Shown: positions 24,399 through 38,300, numbered from the whole stretch's first letter. The stretch: DNA of 63,550 bases, filler included, from Basidioascus undulatus (GCA_000826855.1; 4 parts of 4 records of this genome joined end to end with filler, not necessarily neighbours in it), one strand, 5' to 3'. Translations and numbers: made by a program. Notes: generated by a model from the letters alone, not told the origin.

Positions 24399-26247
24399 TC
24401 AGTACCGCCCGCGCTTTGCGTCCCGGTCGTCATTCCCGCCGTCGTACTCGCGCTTGTACCCTCCGCCACCGCCAGGGGGACCGGGGGGACCACCGTACCC
24501 GCCTCCAGGGGGTCCACCGTAACCGCCGCCCGGGGGTCCACCGTACCCCCCCCCGCCGGGGGGCCCGTCGGGGGGGCCACCACCGTACCCCCCCGGAGGT
24601 CCGTAGCCGCCGCGGCCACCGCCGCTGTTTTCGGTGAAGGGGAGGAGGGGGAAATTGGGAGGGGAGCGGGGAGAAGGGAGGGGGAGGGAAGGGAGAGGAG
24701 GTTGAGCAAGACAGAAGGGGAGAGGAGTTGGGGAAAGAGAAACGCACCGGAACCCGCCCCCGCCTCCGCGATTGCCGTACCCCCCCCGGTCTCCATACCC
24801 ACCCCCACCGCCCCCGGGGCCTCCGAAGCCCCCTCGGGGAGGACCTACTCACCGCCGCAGCACATCAGCCTTCGCGCTCCCCACACATTCAACATAAGCA
24901 AGCCACTAAAACGCACCATAGCCGCCTCCTCCGCCACCACCGTATCCCCCACCCGGAGGGCCGCCGAACCCGCCCCGGAATCCGCCGCTGTGCACAAAAT
25001 GAGCGTGGGAAGAAGGAATGAGATGCAGAGGAAGAGGGGATATACCGGAATCCACCGCCGCCGCGGTCTCCTCCGAAGCCTCCTCGGAAGCCGCCCCGGA
25101 AGCCTCCTCGGTCGCCGAAGCCGCCACGTCCGCCCCTGCGCGTTCCACCAAAGATCATCAGCATCTTTTTCCCAAGGCCAAAAGACAAAAGAGGAAGAAG
25201 TGGAAGAGAGAAGGAAAAGCGCGCCCACCTGAATCCGCCCCTGAACCCGCCCCCAGCAATCGCGCTCCCGCCCATCACCATCGCCTCCCCGGGGAGGACA
25301 GCCTTGGGGCGCCCGCCGAGGCCGCCGCCGAGGCGGCGCGGCTTCCAGCCCTTGACGGTGCGCCCGCGCTCGACGTCGACGAGGATCCGCCGGCCGTGGA
25401 TCTTGATTCCTTCGGCGTCCTTGTAGGCGGCTGGGGTAGGGGGAAGAGGGAGTTGTCAGTACCAGGTTGCAGGGGAGCAAAGGACGGGGAAGAACGAGGG
25501 GAAAGAAGGAAGATACAGGGACGCAGGGAAAGAAAGGTGGGGATGGAGAAGGGAAGACGGTACCGCACCCTTCATGTCCCGCTCGCGCTCGTACACGATG
25601 AACGCGTACCCGCGGGATTTCCCGGACGTCGGGTTGCGGACGATGCGCACGCGCTCGATCGCGCCGTACATCTCAAACTCGCGGCGGAGGTCGGCCTCGG
25701 TCGCCTCGTACGCGAGGCGCGAGATGAAGAGCGTCTTGAACGGGTCGCCGACGGCTTCGGGGTCATCTTGCGGGTTGTCTGGGCACCTCCTCCGCGGTCA
25801 GTCCTGGGTCATTGCACGACCGGAAGAACGGGATAGGATATAGCAACAATGGGACGGTGGGGGAAGATAGAAGGGACCCACACTTCTCCTCAGCTTTCTT
25901 AAAGTTCTCCTCGCGCTTGCGCTTCTTCTCCGCGCGGCGGACCTCGACCATGTACATCTCTGCGAGCGTGAGCGCGGGGTCCTCGGCCGTCTCGCCCTCC
26001 TCGCCGCCGAGCTTCGCGCGCTCGTCCTCCTCCTGCGCCTTCATGCTCTGGAAGAGCGCGCCCACGCCGCCGATGCGGGATTCAGACTTGGGCCGCTCGG
26101 GGTCCTTGCCGAGCGGCCGCGCGAAGGGCAGCGGCGCGCGCGGGGCGAAGAGCCGTAGGAGGTTGGGGGGGAGTAACTGTGGATGGAGAGGGGGTTAGAC
26201 TGCTGGGAGGGGAGGGAGGGTAGGAAGGGGGGGCGGACGTGGGTCAT
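24399..26247 (-). CDS. SNP1: U1 snRNP 70 kDa protein
   Basis: [36 protein letters not shown] with [52 protein letters not shown] tail ending [10 protein letters not shown]; all exons splice in frame. Confidence 0.97.
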
Positions 26248-26645
26248 GCTGTGTGCAACGGCGAGCAGACGCGGGGCGATGGGCAGGAGGAGAGCAGGGC
26301 CAGCGAAGGGGCAGCCGCAGGTCGATATCGGCAGGGTGAATTTCTTATCACCGATGGCCGCGACTCCCTCGTCGCGTCGTGAATGAGCTCTTGAACACCA
26401 TCTCGCGCACTCTGCTCACTCTTCACGCATCAGTCTCTCATAACAACGACGAGAGGTGCGTTCAATGTCATCAATCGAAATTTGGATGGGCAACGGAGCC
26501 GAGACTTGCGTGGGCGAGCAGGAGCTTCGTTCGCCGTCCCCGCGGTGTTTGTCACTTGTGCTGCTGTACGTGCTTGACGAGGTGAGTGTGCTGTTGCATC
26601 TCAACTCGTCAGAATAAATGCTCAAATGCAGGAATGCGCTTTAGG

Positions 26646-27837
26646 ATGTCGTCTGGAGCGAGTGCCGGCGTGGAGGATGCTGGTGTCTCGCCCTTGATCG
26701 ACCGGTGCGTCCCTCGGCCTTCTCGTCTTAGTCTCCATTCTCTCCCAGACCTCACCCTCATCAATCATCGCATACAGCCCCCTCCGCCAACTCTACGAGT
26801 CTCTCTCCTCCGCGCTTCCCCCGTCCCCTTCATCCACCGCCTCCCTCGCCGCCGCCCTCGAGGCCTACAAGCCCTACCTCTCCAAGCCGCACGACCCCTT
26901 CCCCGGCCCCTCCCCCGCATCCGACTCCAAGCTCTCCTCCTCCACCGTCACCCTCCCCGATGGCTCCTCTATCAGCATTGCGTCGGATGAAGAGCGGGAC
27001 CTCGCCCGGCGGCTCTCCAAGCGCTGCGAGCTCGACCAAGTCGAGTCTTTGATCCTCGTCCGCCGCTACACCCGCTCCGAGGCGCTCCAGCCCGCCGTCC
27101 GAGGCGCAGACGACCTCCTCGACGCTTTAAACGTGTTTTACTTTACCGAGTGCCTCCACGTCCCCCGCATCCTATCCGCCCTCTTCCGCATCGCAGACGA
27201 CCCCGACCACCCCCTCGCCCCGCTCGCCATCTCCACCCTCGACCTCATTCTTCCTCCTTCCCCTTCCGCGTCCATCGCCCCCTCCGCCACCCTCCTCGAT
27301 GCGATTACCCGCCGCGCTTCTCAACCCCTCCCCGCGCACGTGCGTTCAAACGCCGCGTTGACCCCGCTCTGGGCCAAGCACCAAGTCCGCGAACAGGCCG
27401 CCCTCCTCGAGGTCCTCTTCCTCGCGTTCTACACGCGCGTCCCCTGTACGGGCAAGACGGTGATCAACGTGTTGGAGGTCGCGAGGGACACGAACCTGGG
27501 GGCCAAGCAGGAGAACGAGCCCGTCCTACGCGCGGACGATGAGGGCCGCGAGCTCATCGCTGACGTCGGCCGGCTCCTCACCCTCCTGGTCGTGGCCGTC
27601 TTCAACCTCGAGCAGGCGCAGGCGGGCATCGACCTCACCATCCCAACCGACGAGTCGTCCTCGCCCCTCTTCGCCTCCCCCGCCCTCATCCTCCACGCCC
27701 ACACCCTCCTCTCCTCCCTCGCCGTGCCCTCCGACGACCAGCCGCGGTGGACGCCCATCCTCCTTGCGTGGGCGTACCTCCTCTCCCGCCTAACCGACGT
27801 GCTCTCCGCGCTCCCCACCCCTCCCCCAGCTTTCTCC
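26646..27837 (+). CDS. NUP188: Nucleoporin Nup188, N-terminal part, truncated by contig end
   Basis: Helical N-terminus with LARRLSKRCELDQVESLILVRRY, FYFTECLHVPRIL, WAKHQVREQAALLEVLFLAFY, DTNLGAKQEN, PILLAWAYLL as in fungal Nup188. Confidence 0.75.
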
Positions 27838-27937
27838 NNNNNNNNNNNNNNNNNNNNNNNNNNNNNNNNNNNNNNNNNNNNTTAATTAATTAANNNNNNN
27901 NNNNNNNNNNNNNNNNNNNNNNNNNNNNNNNNNNNNN
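27838..27937. other. Artificial contig linker
   Basis: 44 N + TTAATTAATTAA + 44 N. Confidence 0.99.
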
Positions 27938-29571
27938 TGGTCCCCTTTGGCATGGGACGGGGGGTAGGCAGGAAGGTTGGGAGGGTGCTGGGGTGGGTGC
28001 AGGGCAGGTAGGCTCGGCGCTCGTTCCCAGCTGCTCCGAACTTCTTTTTCCGCGTACCGCTTTTCTGTCGATTTGGGGGAGGGCGCGTGATACACGTATG
28101 CGTGCTTTGAACAGTTCCTTTCGTATTCCGTTCGTTGGTTGGTTGTTGGTGAGTGGGAGGAGATGTGCGGGAGTGGGGTTTCGAGCTTTCTCGCATTCGA
28201 TTCAGACATTGCGTATCTTTCGCATTATTTCATTTCCATTTGCGCTCCCGCTCGAGACTTACATCCATCTATGAAGTCCCTCTCTTCTTGCCGCATCTGA
28301 TCGATCTTGTTCTACCCCTTGGGCGTGGGATGTGCTCGCCTGCATGCGCCGGCGTGCGCAGCACGACCATGTGAGAGGCGTACAGAGACATGGAAGGCGC
28401 ATGCAGATGCTGTCCGATTGAGAGGGTGCGAATGCGGGCTAGACGGGGGCTTGGAATGCGGTAGGATGCCCTTAAGTGACTGGGAGTAGAGAGGGGAGGG
28501 GATGAAGATGAAAGGGGAGCAAGAGCACTCTCTTTCGATTGAGCGGGTGTCAGCCAGTGTCAAGAAAGGCAAGTCTTGAGTAGATATCCTAACAAAAGTG
28601 GACGGTGTGTATGCTCTTGTGACTAGTATCAGTTGACACTTGTTAACCGAAAGGTGCTCCGCTAGCAGGCCCGTTCTGCAGCGCAGCCAGCTCGGAGGTG
28701 GCAACCTGAACGAGCGTTCTTGCAGTATTCCCACCTACAACTTCCAAGTGGTTTTGAAGCCCTCATGAATTTTCAGGAAAGACCTCGTTTTGGGAAACAG
28801 AGATGACTGCATGAAGCGATGCACTCTAGTCGCCGTCGGCAGCCGCACCGGCATCGGCAGCCTCAGCCAGCGTGCTATCGGTCGGTCAGCTTTCGGAAAT
28901 CGAGCATGTCGCTGAGATGATAACACCAGTCATTAGTTCATAATTGTTTCATTCCCATCGGTTGCGGTGTCCGCCCCTCCCAGCTGTTGAAGACCGCCTG
29001 CGTGCACACTGGCCAGTGTGAGGTACCGACCGTACAGGAAGCGGTAGACTGGCACAGCCTCACCAGAGATGAGCTCATGTTAATATTACGAACTCCTGCT
29101 GAAGACGAATTTGAGATGTAGGTGGTACAAAGTGGGAAAGGCCGGCCCCGCCGGCGGCGGACAGTCAGGCTCGCAGGGCATGCATGCCTTCGTTGCAATC
29201 ACACTCTGTTCGGATGTTCAGCCGACTTGCACCAGGACGGTTCCATTCGAGGGTATATAGCCTAACGGTTATACAAGCTTGCAGCCCAGGTCAAGAAGGT
29301 CCTGCACGGAGGAGGGAAGGCGCGGCCTAGCTTCGAGGGCAGCTGCAGGTGCTGCAAGGGGTAATGTCCCGGAGGATCTTTCACAGCGAAAGGGCACAAA
29401 ACCACAACCGGGGTAAAGGCGAATTGAGGGACTTGTCGTTGTCTTCCGCACTCAATCCTGCATAGCATAACTTTGACAGAACTTCACGTTCTGGCTCAAG
29501 GTCTGCTCGTCCCGCCCTACCTGCAATGCTACACGACACCTCACTTTCAACACTCGCAAACGCGAAAATTG

Positions 29572-29609
29572 AAATCCAGGTATTAATGTAAAATCCAGGT
29601 ATTAATGTA
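29572..29609 (+). repeat. 19-bp perfect tandem duplication
   Basis: AAATCCAGGTATTAATGTA x2. Confidence 0.9.
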
Positions 29610-29708
29610 TAGACCACAGCTCTATGGTGCACCGATGCGAGAAATGAGTTTAAAGAATGGCGGAGGAGGGGATGCAGGAGAAAGGAGTGCAAGACGGCGG
29701 ACGGCACA

Positions 29709-32554
29709 TCACTTCGTCGCACGCTTCGACCTAGCGCGGACCTGCGGGCCGTACTGCAAATGCGCAATCCCGAGCATCAGCACATGAGGCACGAAGACGG
29801 GCAAGACCGCGCCATTTAATACTCACGAAGAAGAAGTAGAAAGGAATTGGAAGCAATCCGATGGAGACGAATGCGAGAAGGGAGCCTGTTCAGGAGCAGA
29901 ACTCTCAGCATAGCACAGAGCCAACGCGAAAGACGAGCGACGTACTGGCCCACCACGGATGCAGCGTATCGTACATGGCCGTAACGTAAATGGGTGTCAT
30001 CGCGCCTACAATCGAGCCTGCGAGCAGCGCAACAAATTCGCTCAGCAAGAGCGGGAGGGAGCGTGAGCGAAAAGGGGCTTACGGAGGAACGTCTTCGCTG
30101 CAATGGCGCTCGCAGCGAAGTCGCTGAAGCTGTCGATGATGTACGAGTTGGCGCCGATGTAGACCGTAACCATCGCGATACCGAACAGGAGCGCGCCGAA
30201 CAGCTGTATAGACCCATGTCAATGCCTCGGCTAGAGCACGGCGTTCCGGAAGCGGGCAAGGCAGACTGACCGGTCCGACCCAGTGAACGTGCGGGAACGA
30301 CGTCCAGGCGAAGATGAATAGCGACGCGGGGAGGAAGAGCGCGCCGAAGATCATCAGCGTCAGGCGGTGCTCCGGGCGCACACCGTACTTGGCGTTGAGG
30401 TGGGCGTAGATCTTCTCCCTGCGGCGCGAACACGACCGACGCAATGTGAGCGAGCCTGCGCGATAACTCATCCTGAAGATGGAACAGACGTACTGCAGCG
30501 GCATGAAGCAGAGGGCGATGAAGATCCCGATCATTACGGGGATGAAGCAGAGGCCAATCCTGAAGAGGGAGGGAGAGGGCGGATCAGCGAAGTGGAACAG
30601 GAGGAAAGGAGAGGGCACGCCCGACGTACTCGCCGAGGTTGAAGTTGTGCTGCAGCTCGACGATGGGGATGGCGAAGAAGAGAAGGTACACTGCGGAGGT
30701 AAACGCGTGTTAGTCGTTAACTGCGGCTGGAAAGAGACGACGTTGAACGCACAGATGCTGTCTGGACGCCCGGGCAGCGTGTTAGCAGCTCGTTACGACT
30801 CCCAAACCATGAACAAAGCTCACTCACAGATGAACGACAGGTAAAAAGTCATGACCAAAAGCAGCGGTTCCGTGACCAGCATGACTGTTCCCGTCCCCCT
30901 CACACATCAGTTCCCTCCTCACATTTGCGCACTCCCTCGCTGACGCACCTAGCGGCCTAACGAGCGCGATCTTCATCTGTTCCGCGAACGGGATCTTGAG
31001 GAGCTCCTCCTCGGTGCTGTACGCCTCGTCACCCGTGTCCTTGCGCAGCTTCGCGGCGCGCTTCTTGAGGATCACGCGCCCCAAAGTCTCGGGCGTGAGC
31101 GCGATCAGAACGTTAATGATGCCCTGTTCGATATGAGAGGGTACGCGTTAGAATGGAAGGTCTTCGTGCGGAGGGAGCGTTTACAGGAAGAGGGCGTCGG
31201 GGAGGGAGGGAAGAGGGCGGGATGGAGCACGCACCACAAAGATGAACAGGACCCAGTACAACCACCGCCAGCCGATCGTCTCGCCCACGAAGCCGCCAAC
31301 TGGAAAAGAATTCTCGTCAGCCGCCTCTCCTGCACAAGAGAAAGCGAAACTGCACGCACCGAGAGGTCCGAACACTGGCCCAAGGTATATAGACGCGCTG
31401 AAGAAGGCCATCGCTGTATGCGGGGAGGATGCGGGGAGGAGTTTTGTCAGCGGTTGCAGTGAGGCGGAAGAAGGTCGAGCATACCGAGACCGCGCTCCTC
31501 CACTGCCCAGACGTCCGCGATGGAGCCACCCACCTGAAGAAGATGGGGCCTGTCAGTAGCATTCTTGGATGTGAGAAGGGATGGCAACGTACATTGGTCA
31601 TAGGACAGCTCGCCGCGATGCCAGCGATCTACCGACGCAGCGAATCGGTCAGTACTGTGCGCCTGCGATGAATGCAGCAGGAAGGGCAAAGAAGCGAGCG
31701 CTTACCAATCGGCAGACAAGTAGAGTCTCGATGTTCTTGGCGAGCGCACAAGGCAGCGTGAAGATAAAATAGAAGAAGGTGGAGACGACGTAGACTGGGC
31801 GACGGCCGCTGTTCGTCCCCGATACGGTCCGACTGTGAGTGGCCCTCCCTTTCACGGGAGTCAACAAGCAGCGAATACGCACAGCTCCTCCGAGAGCGGG
31901 GCCATAAACAGCGGTCCGAGGCCGAAGCCGATGACGCTGTCCGAGAGGAAGAAGAAAAGTGAGTGAGAAGGGGAGATTGTGAGATGGGTGGATGGAACAG
32001 GACGGACAAAAGCGTGATGGAGAGATTAATCGTAATGACATTCACTTGGAAATAGGCTTTCGGATCGTCGAGGCTGGCGAGACAGAGATCGTACAGAGGC
32101 ATATCAGCGTCGGCACTGCGCTGGCGGTGATGGAGCAGGAAGGTTCAACTCACTCTCCAGTGGCGATTGCCGACCCAAACGCGACCGTGAAGCACAATAG
32201 CGCAACGGACATGGTGACGAACCTGTCCTCCGTCCAATCCGCGATGAGCTGCCACCACACAGCCAACACATTCCAGAAACACAGGCAGGCGCACCATTTT
32301 TTCGGCTTAGACCAGTTGCGCGGATTGTGAGGATCCCCCGGCTCGAACGTGACCAGCTTGGCCTTCTGTTCCCCGATCTTCTCGAGGTCACGCTCCACAA
32401 CGGAAGAGGGAACGGCTGTTGCCCCGTCCAGCTCCTCGGCGATCGACCGCGTCTCGCCATCCTCGAGTCCTGTGGGCTCGGTGTCGATGAGGGGGTTCAC
32501 AGGCGGATTGGAGCTCGTGGTATGCAGCGATAGATTGGGGCGAATAGTGGACAT
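29709..32554 (-). CDS. MFS drug:H+ antiporter, DHA1 family (Tpo/Flr1-like)
   Basis: VTFEPGDPHNPRNWSKPKKW; GFGLGPLFMAPLSEE-GRRPVY; VGGSIADVW; GPVFGPLVGGF...GWRW; PETLGRVILKKRAAKLRKDTG; PEHRL; YIIDSF..FAASAIA; ends YGPQVRARSKRATK*; more than 12 introns. Confidence 0.95.
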
Positions 32555-35383
32555 GATGAGAGGAGGTGCGGGAGGGAGAAGGGTGTGGGGGAGAGCGAGG
32601 GCGGAGATGGAGATGGAGGTGAGAGGTGAGTAATGAAAGGATGAGGAAGAGGGGAGTTTAGCGAGAACGATTGTCAGTGCATGAGAGCTTTATACGGGAA
32701 CACGTTCGAATAAAGCCTGGGTGGCGATGGCGCTGGAGCGGCCGACACAGATATCCCACGCTACGGCCGGTGGTCTTGGAATTCTTGGGGAAAGCTATCC
32801 TCGCTGCGAGCAGAGTGCAGCGGCCGTCGCGACGGGCCAGATGCGAGGCATCGATGGGCGGACGCAGTTGAGTACGGGGTAAGTGACAGGTTCGAGCGGA
32901 ATACATCGGAGTTATCGGAAGGCCGGGAAGCACAGGTGTGCGAAACGGGGGAGTGGCGAAAAGTGGAAAGTGAGGCTCGGTATGAGGTTTGCGTCTGCGG
33001 GTACGACACACGGAGGCTCGTAGGCGAAATATGTGCATGTCAGGTATTAGTGTGCGCGGAGGTCTGGACCCCGTGCGACGGTACGGGAAAGGATGATTTT
33101 TGTGTTGATCCCATCCCGCATGTGGGCTTGCGTGAAAGCGAAAATGGTGGCGGGTGGCGGGAGTTGAGAAGACGTTTTGGGAAGGAGCTTCCACGGTGAG
33201 ACGGTGCGCGTGGGAATCCGAGGGCACGGCCGAGAGCCTCGGACACACGGCCGTAGATAAGCTTGTGACGGCTCCCGAATCGTTCCAACAGCCAACAGTG
33301 CCTTCGCCCTTGCCCTGTGTTGCGCTGCGCTGTTCGTACTCTGTATTTACGAACTGTATGCAGGTCCTTCGGATTGAGTCAAGTATCCCAGCAGCATATC
33401 CTGTTGCCAGCAAGGCCCTTGTCCGCCTTCGGTAACCAGCCCCGAAACGTGCTTTCCGACGCGTTGCAGCACACTCCCCAAGCTTGGTAGCTTCGCAGGG
33501 GCACTGTGGCATATTATTTTGAGGAAGGCTGAATATTCTAGATCTCGGGTGTAGACCTAGAAAGGCTGTGGATTTAGGCCCTCTATGCTGAAAGAGTGTC
33601 GGTCAAGGCGCTGTCGCATGTACGCGTCGTATTCGATCTTGAGGAACTACGGGCGTTGGATGGGAGAACGCTCAGTGTTCGACTCCACTTGATACTCTGG
33701 TGTAAGGAAGGCTTTAGAACAGTGTGTCCCATATGGCATGAAAAGGCAGCAACGCTCAATGAATGGACCAAATCCGAGCAGCCCGGAGAGCTTGAGAAGC
33801 TACGGCAGCATGTACAAAAACACGTCAATCGGCATAGAAGGGTTCACGATGCCTTTTTAGAATTGTATAATGCAACCTTTGAGCAGTACCAGTAGGGAAG
33901 TCCCACAGAGACGTAGACGAAACCCAACATCAAGTACGTCTTCCCGGTATTTGGAGGTGGAACAGTCTGGGCTGCAGACTCAGAGCCCACCTCAGAGTCG
34001 CTCATATAGTAGGCGCAAGGCGGAATATACCTTCTGTTTGTAATTTCAAGTAAGTCTAGTCCGTATATGTCCGAACATGGATAGGACAGACTGGAACACC
34101 CGGCCTACACACGCCTCAACACGCCGTCCAAGTTTGTCATCCACAATTCACTCGTGCCCCCCTCTTCGTGAGACCTTTTCAGGCGTCACTGGATCAAAGT
34201 CGGGATCCATGTGTGCGAGTATTTCCGTTGCTAGAGATAGTCTGACACTCCCTTAATCATTCATTCCCTTGACGGTATCGACTTGACCAACTGCTTGGCT
34301 GAAAGCCATGGCAGGAGGCACCGTTCCGTTTGCTACCGGTTGACAACAGTTTACTGTCCAAAAAATGTCCAACCAGGAGCATTCAAACAGTAGAAGTAGA
34401 CTGCAAATGGGTGGTAGAGAATCCACCGGGGAACAAGTCCAGCAGAGCCGGCCCTGAAGTCAAAACGCCTGTATCGCCCTTCATTCTCCTCCCTTCTTCG
34501 ATACATCAACTTCCAATCCAGTGTTTCTTCTTCTTTCCGAACGCAGTCTTCCGCAGCTATAGCTATACTGCTGATTGTCTAAAGAGTGGTAAATCTCAGA
34601 CGAGGCGGTGTCGACATTGGCAAGCCCAGGCTCGGGGCAGCATTGGAGCCTCAATTGTGACTTCTGCCCGCAATCTACAATGGCATTCTCTACCGGGCGA
34701 AGACGTTGAATCATAATAGACTTGGGTGTTCATGTCAGCGTAGTCGAACACCTTAAGGTGCTTGGTCCAAACATCGAATCAAGTCGGCTGGAAAGCGATG
34801 CATTCAAGAGGGGGTGAGTAACACAATGAATATCAATTGGCGCTTCCCGCCTGGAGTCTCTCTGCCCGCCTTCCGGCCGCAGCGGCGCGTAGCCTTTGCT
34901 TTCTACCACGCCTAAACACGCCCCTTCCGTCGTCGGCCAGAGGACGGATCTCAGCACCTTGCTCTCTTGCCCTTGTACCGCCTGCACCCCTTCCCGCTTG
35001 GTCCCTATTTCGACTTCGCTCACGGCGGAGGTCGTCTTTCGATTCGTCTGTCGCACTCAGGTAGGTTCCGCTTGTAAGCTCCATCGCCGTGTAGGCCCTC
35101 CCCACTGACACGCGCCACGTTCCGTCTCTTTAACCCCGCCCGCTCGGCCATCTCTTCGCGCGCCTTGCTGTCCCGACCTGTCCTCTTCCACCATCTTCAA
35201 CGCTCAACCTCGCGACTGCAACGCCTCTTCGGCCGGCTTCTATTCCCTCAAACCTCATTCTGCCTTAGAAGTCTCTCTCTCGGCTAAATCTTCAGTCTTT
35301 CTGGCACCTCCTCGCCTCGTTTGCCGCCGCGCGACCTCTCTCCCCCCGTCGCGCCACTGGCGGCGGTGTTACGCGCACAGAGC

Positions 35384-38300
35384 ATGGCTCTAACAGAGGT
35401 CAAGCTTCCGAACGGTCTGACCGTTAAGCTCAACGGTATGTGGTCTTCGCATCACCTTCCGTCGCGGTCTGCTGATGCCAGCGTTTGCCTTCCCTTCAAA
35501 CTACTCTCGCAACTCACTTTCCTCGCATTCACTGACATCCTCACGTTCGGAAATCGAACACCGTCTCGCGTCCCTCGCCACGCGACAACTCGCGCTTTCG
35601 GTCCTGCTGCTTTCTCACCTCTTGTTCACTCGCCTCTTATCTCGCCCATATTCGATGTCGTTCTGTCATGCTCGGCTATTCACTTACTCCTAACAGACCA
35701 CGTCTACATCGCCCCGCCATGCTCGTATCGGGACAACCACCCGTACGCCATCGGGCGCGTCATGGAGTTCGTGTCCCCAGCGGGCCGACAGGCGGCCAAG
35801 CCCGCGCGCGCCTCTGCGAAGACAGACGCGTCAGAGCCGCCGCAAGTCCGCGTCGCGTTCTACTACCGCCCTTCGGACATCTCGAACCGCCCCATCTCCG
35901 ACGCTCGCAGTCTCTACGCTGCGTTCTTCCAGGACGTGCGCCCGCTCAGCCAGATCCGCGGCAAGTGCGAGGTCCGCTTCAGGGAGTCGATCGCCGATCT
36001 CGCCGAGTACAAGAAGCTGCCTGACCGCTTCTACTACGTCCGCTTCTTCGACCCGTACATTAAGTCATATTACGATATCGTCCCCACTCGGCGGGTTCAG
36101 AATGGTCGGTCCTGGGCGCATACTTCGCTGAAAGCTCTTGTCTAACTGGATGATGTTACCTTATAGTTCCTACGGAGATTCTTGAAATCCTCCGCTCTCG
36201 ATACGAGTACATCTTCTGTGAGCCCAGTCTCGTCGCGGACCTTACGGACGCGATGCGAGGCTGCGCTGTCTGTCACAAGTGGTGCTCGAGGTGACTTACC
36301 TTGCTTTGCGGCTTTAAGCGACTGTTTCTGACGCCGCGGGTTACTACAGCGCCGAGTCTGTGCGCTGCTCGCTCTGCAAGAAGCACTTCCACATGACCTG
36401 CCTCAACCCGCCGCTCACGTCCAAGCCCGGCAAGGGCTACGGATGGACATGCGCTCCGTGCTCTCGCTCGAACGACGACGATGGGCGGGCAACGCCCGGC
36501 AGCCGCGGATCAACCCCGACGCCGCAGGTCCAGCTCGGCAAGGCGAAAGAGACGCCGCCCGTCTCGGGCGCGGGCAAGCCGGGGTCCAAAGTGGGCCGTG
36601 GAAGGGCGAGCGAGCGGAATGGTGTGTGTTTCTGATTTCGGTTTTTGTTTTCGGATGAACTTACGAACCTGTGCTCTCCAGGGTTTTCGGCACCTCCTGA
36701 TCAAGCGAAGCAGTTCAAGGGCTGGCCGTTCCGCTACTTCGGGTGAGCGATGATTGCACTTCAGGAAGCGATTGTAACTTACGGGCTGTCTCTCAGACAA
36801 TACACCGACGCAGAACGGACAGTCGGTAAGAGAATATTCAGTAAAGAGAATTCTCGACCGTCGCTGACCAAACTCCCCAGATCCCGACGATTCGATCTAC
36901 CCTCGTGCTGCTACCCGTGTCGGCACCCGCTATCAGGCGAACGTCACGAGTTGGGAGGATACTCAGCGGACGGGCTCTTCAATCCCGGCCGAACGGCCGG
37001 CGATGGGCCCGGGTAGGCCAGCCGGCTCTGGTCCAGGTAGCGGGAAACGCGCGCGCGACGGAACTTCGGCAGTTGCTGGTGAACACTGCTTTGAGGTCTG
37101 TGCTTATCACCGGAGAGCTGACATGACTCATTTCCAGTCATCGAGATTGAGCGCGGGACGGACACCAGCGCCGAGCAGCTGTTCGCGCTCGGAGATGGTT
37201 TGCCGGAAATGCTCAGTAGGATCTCCCCCTCAGCCAGTGCGACCGCGGTACGCTTACGTTTTCGTTTTCCCAATGTAGTCGACAGCGCTATCGCGCAGGT
37301 CCGCCAGCTGCCGCTACCCATCCCCGGCCATCGAGTTGAGGTCCTCGACCGAGCCACGCGCATCCTCAGCGCCACGCGTTCCGCGACCGACACGCTCGAG
37401 CAAATGCGCAAAACGACCGAAAAGGACTTGAAGCTCTCAAAGGTCCGCAACATCCCCGATTCCTTTTCTTTGAAAGCGCTGTAGCTGATCATGCGGAATC
37501 TGCGAGCAGTGGACGCCTGGCGAGATCAAGCTCTTCGACGAGGGCATGGAGTTCCGCGGCTGCGCCGAGCTCGCTCCTATCACGCGCTTGATACCCAAAA
37601 AGAAGTTCGGCGAGGTCGTCCGTTACTATTACGACATCTGGAAACAGTGCGTTGACCGTGGTTAGTCTTGAAAAGTGCAGAGACTGACTTCATGTGGCTG
37701 CGCTTAACAGGAAGAAGATCAAGAGCGATCTGGACGCTGAGCTCAAAGCCAAAGCCGCCGCCTCGAACGGGAACGATCGTCGGAAGTTGCGCTCGCCCAG
37801 CGCGGCTCGGAGGTCAGCCGCAGGCAAGGAGCCCGCCCCCTCGCCTTCGCCATCCGACTCGGACGACGAGGACTCCATCTACGGCTCACCCCCGCCGAGC
37901 GCGGTCTGCGCGTCGTGTGGGACGAAGAAGTCACCGGCTTGGTGGCGCACTCCGCCGAGTCTTCACGGTGACGCGATGTGCGAAGACTGCGGGCTGTATT
38001 GGCGGAAGTACGGGGTCATCCCGTGGACGCGGCTGGAGGACGCGAAGAGGCGCGAGGCAGAGAAGGAGAAGGAGCGCGAGGGCACGCCGACGGGGCCTGG
38101 TAGGAAGCCGAAGGTATGCACTTCCTGTTCTCAGCTGTTCGCATGGTTGCGTTCCGCTGACCTGAGGACTTGAAGGCTGCCGCCGTTCCAACACCACCAC
38201 CACCACCACCGCCAGCGCCCGCACCCGCGCCTCCGCCTCCGCCTCCGCCCAAGCCGATCTGTCACGTTTGCAAGAAGATCGAGCCCAAGACCAAGCTCGT

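Noticed and set aside
24212..25836. Long antisense and alternative-frame ORFs over U1-70K (similar ones over other GC-rich genes)
   Set aside because: Expected shadow ORFs from high GC3 and low-complexity coding sequence.
32658..33512. 284-aa ORF upstream of the MFS gene
   Set aside because: No codon bias, motifs or splice signals; lies in the presumptive promoter.
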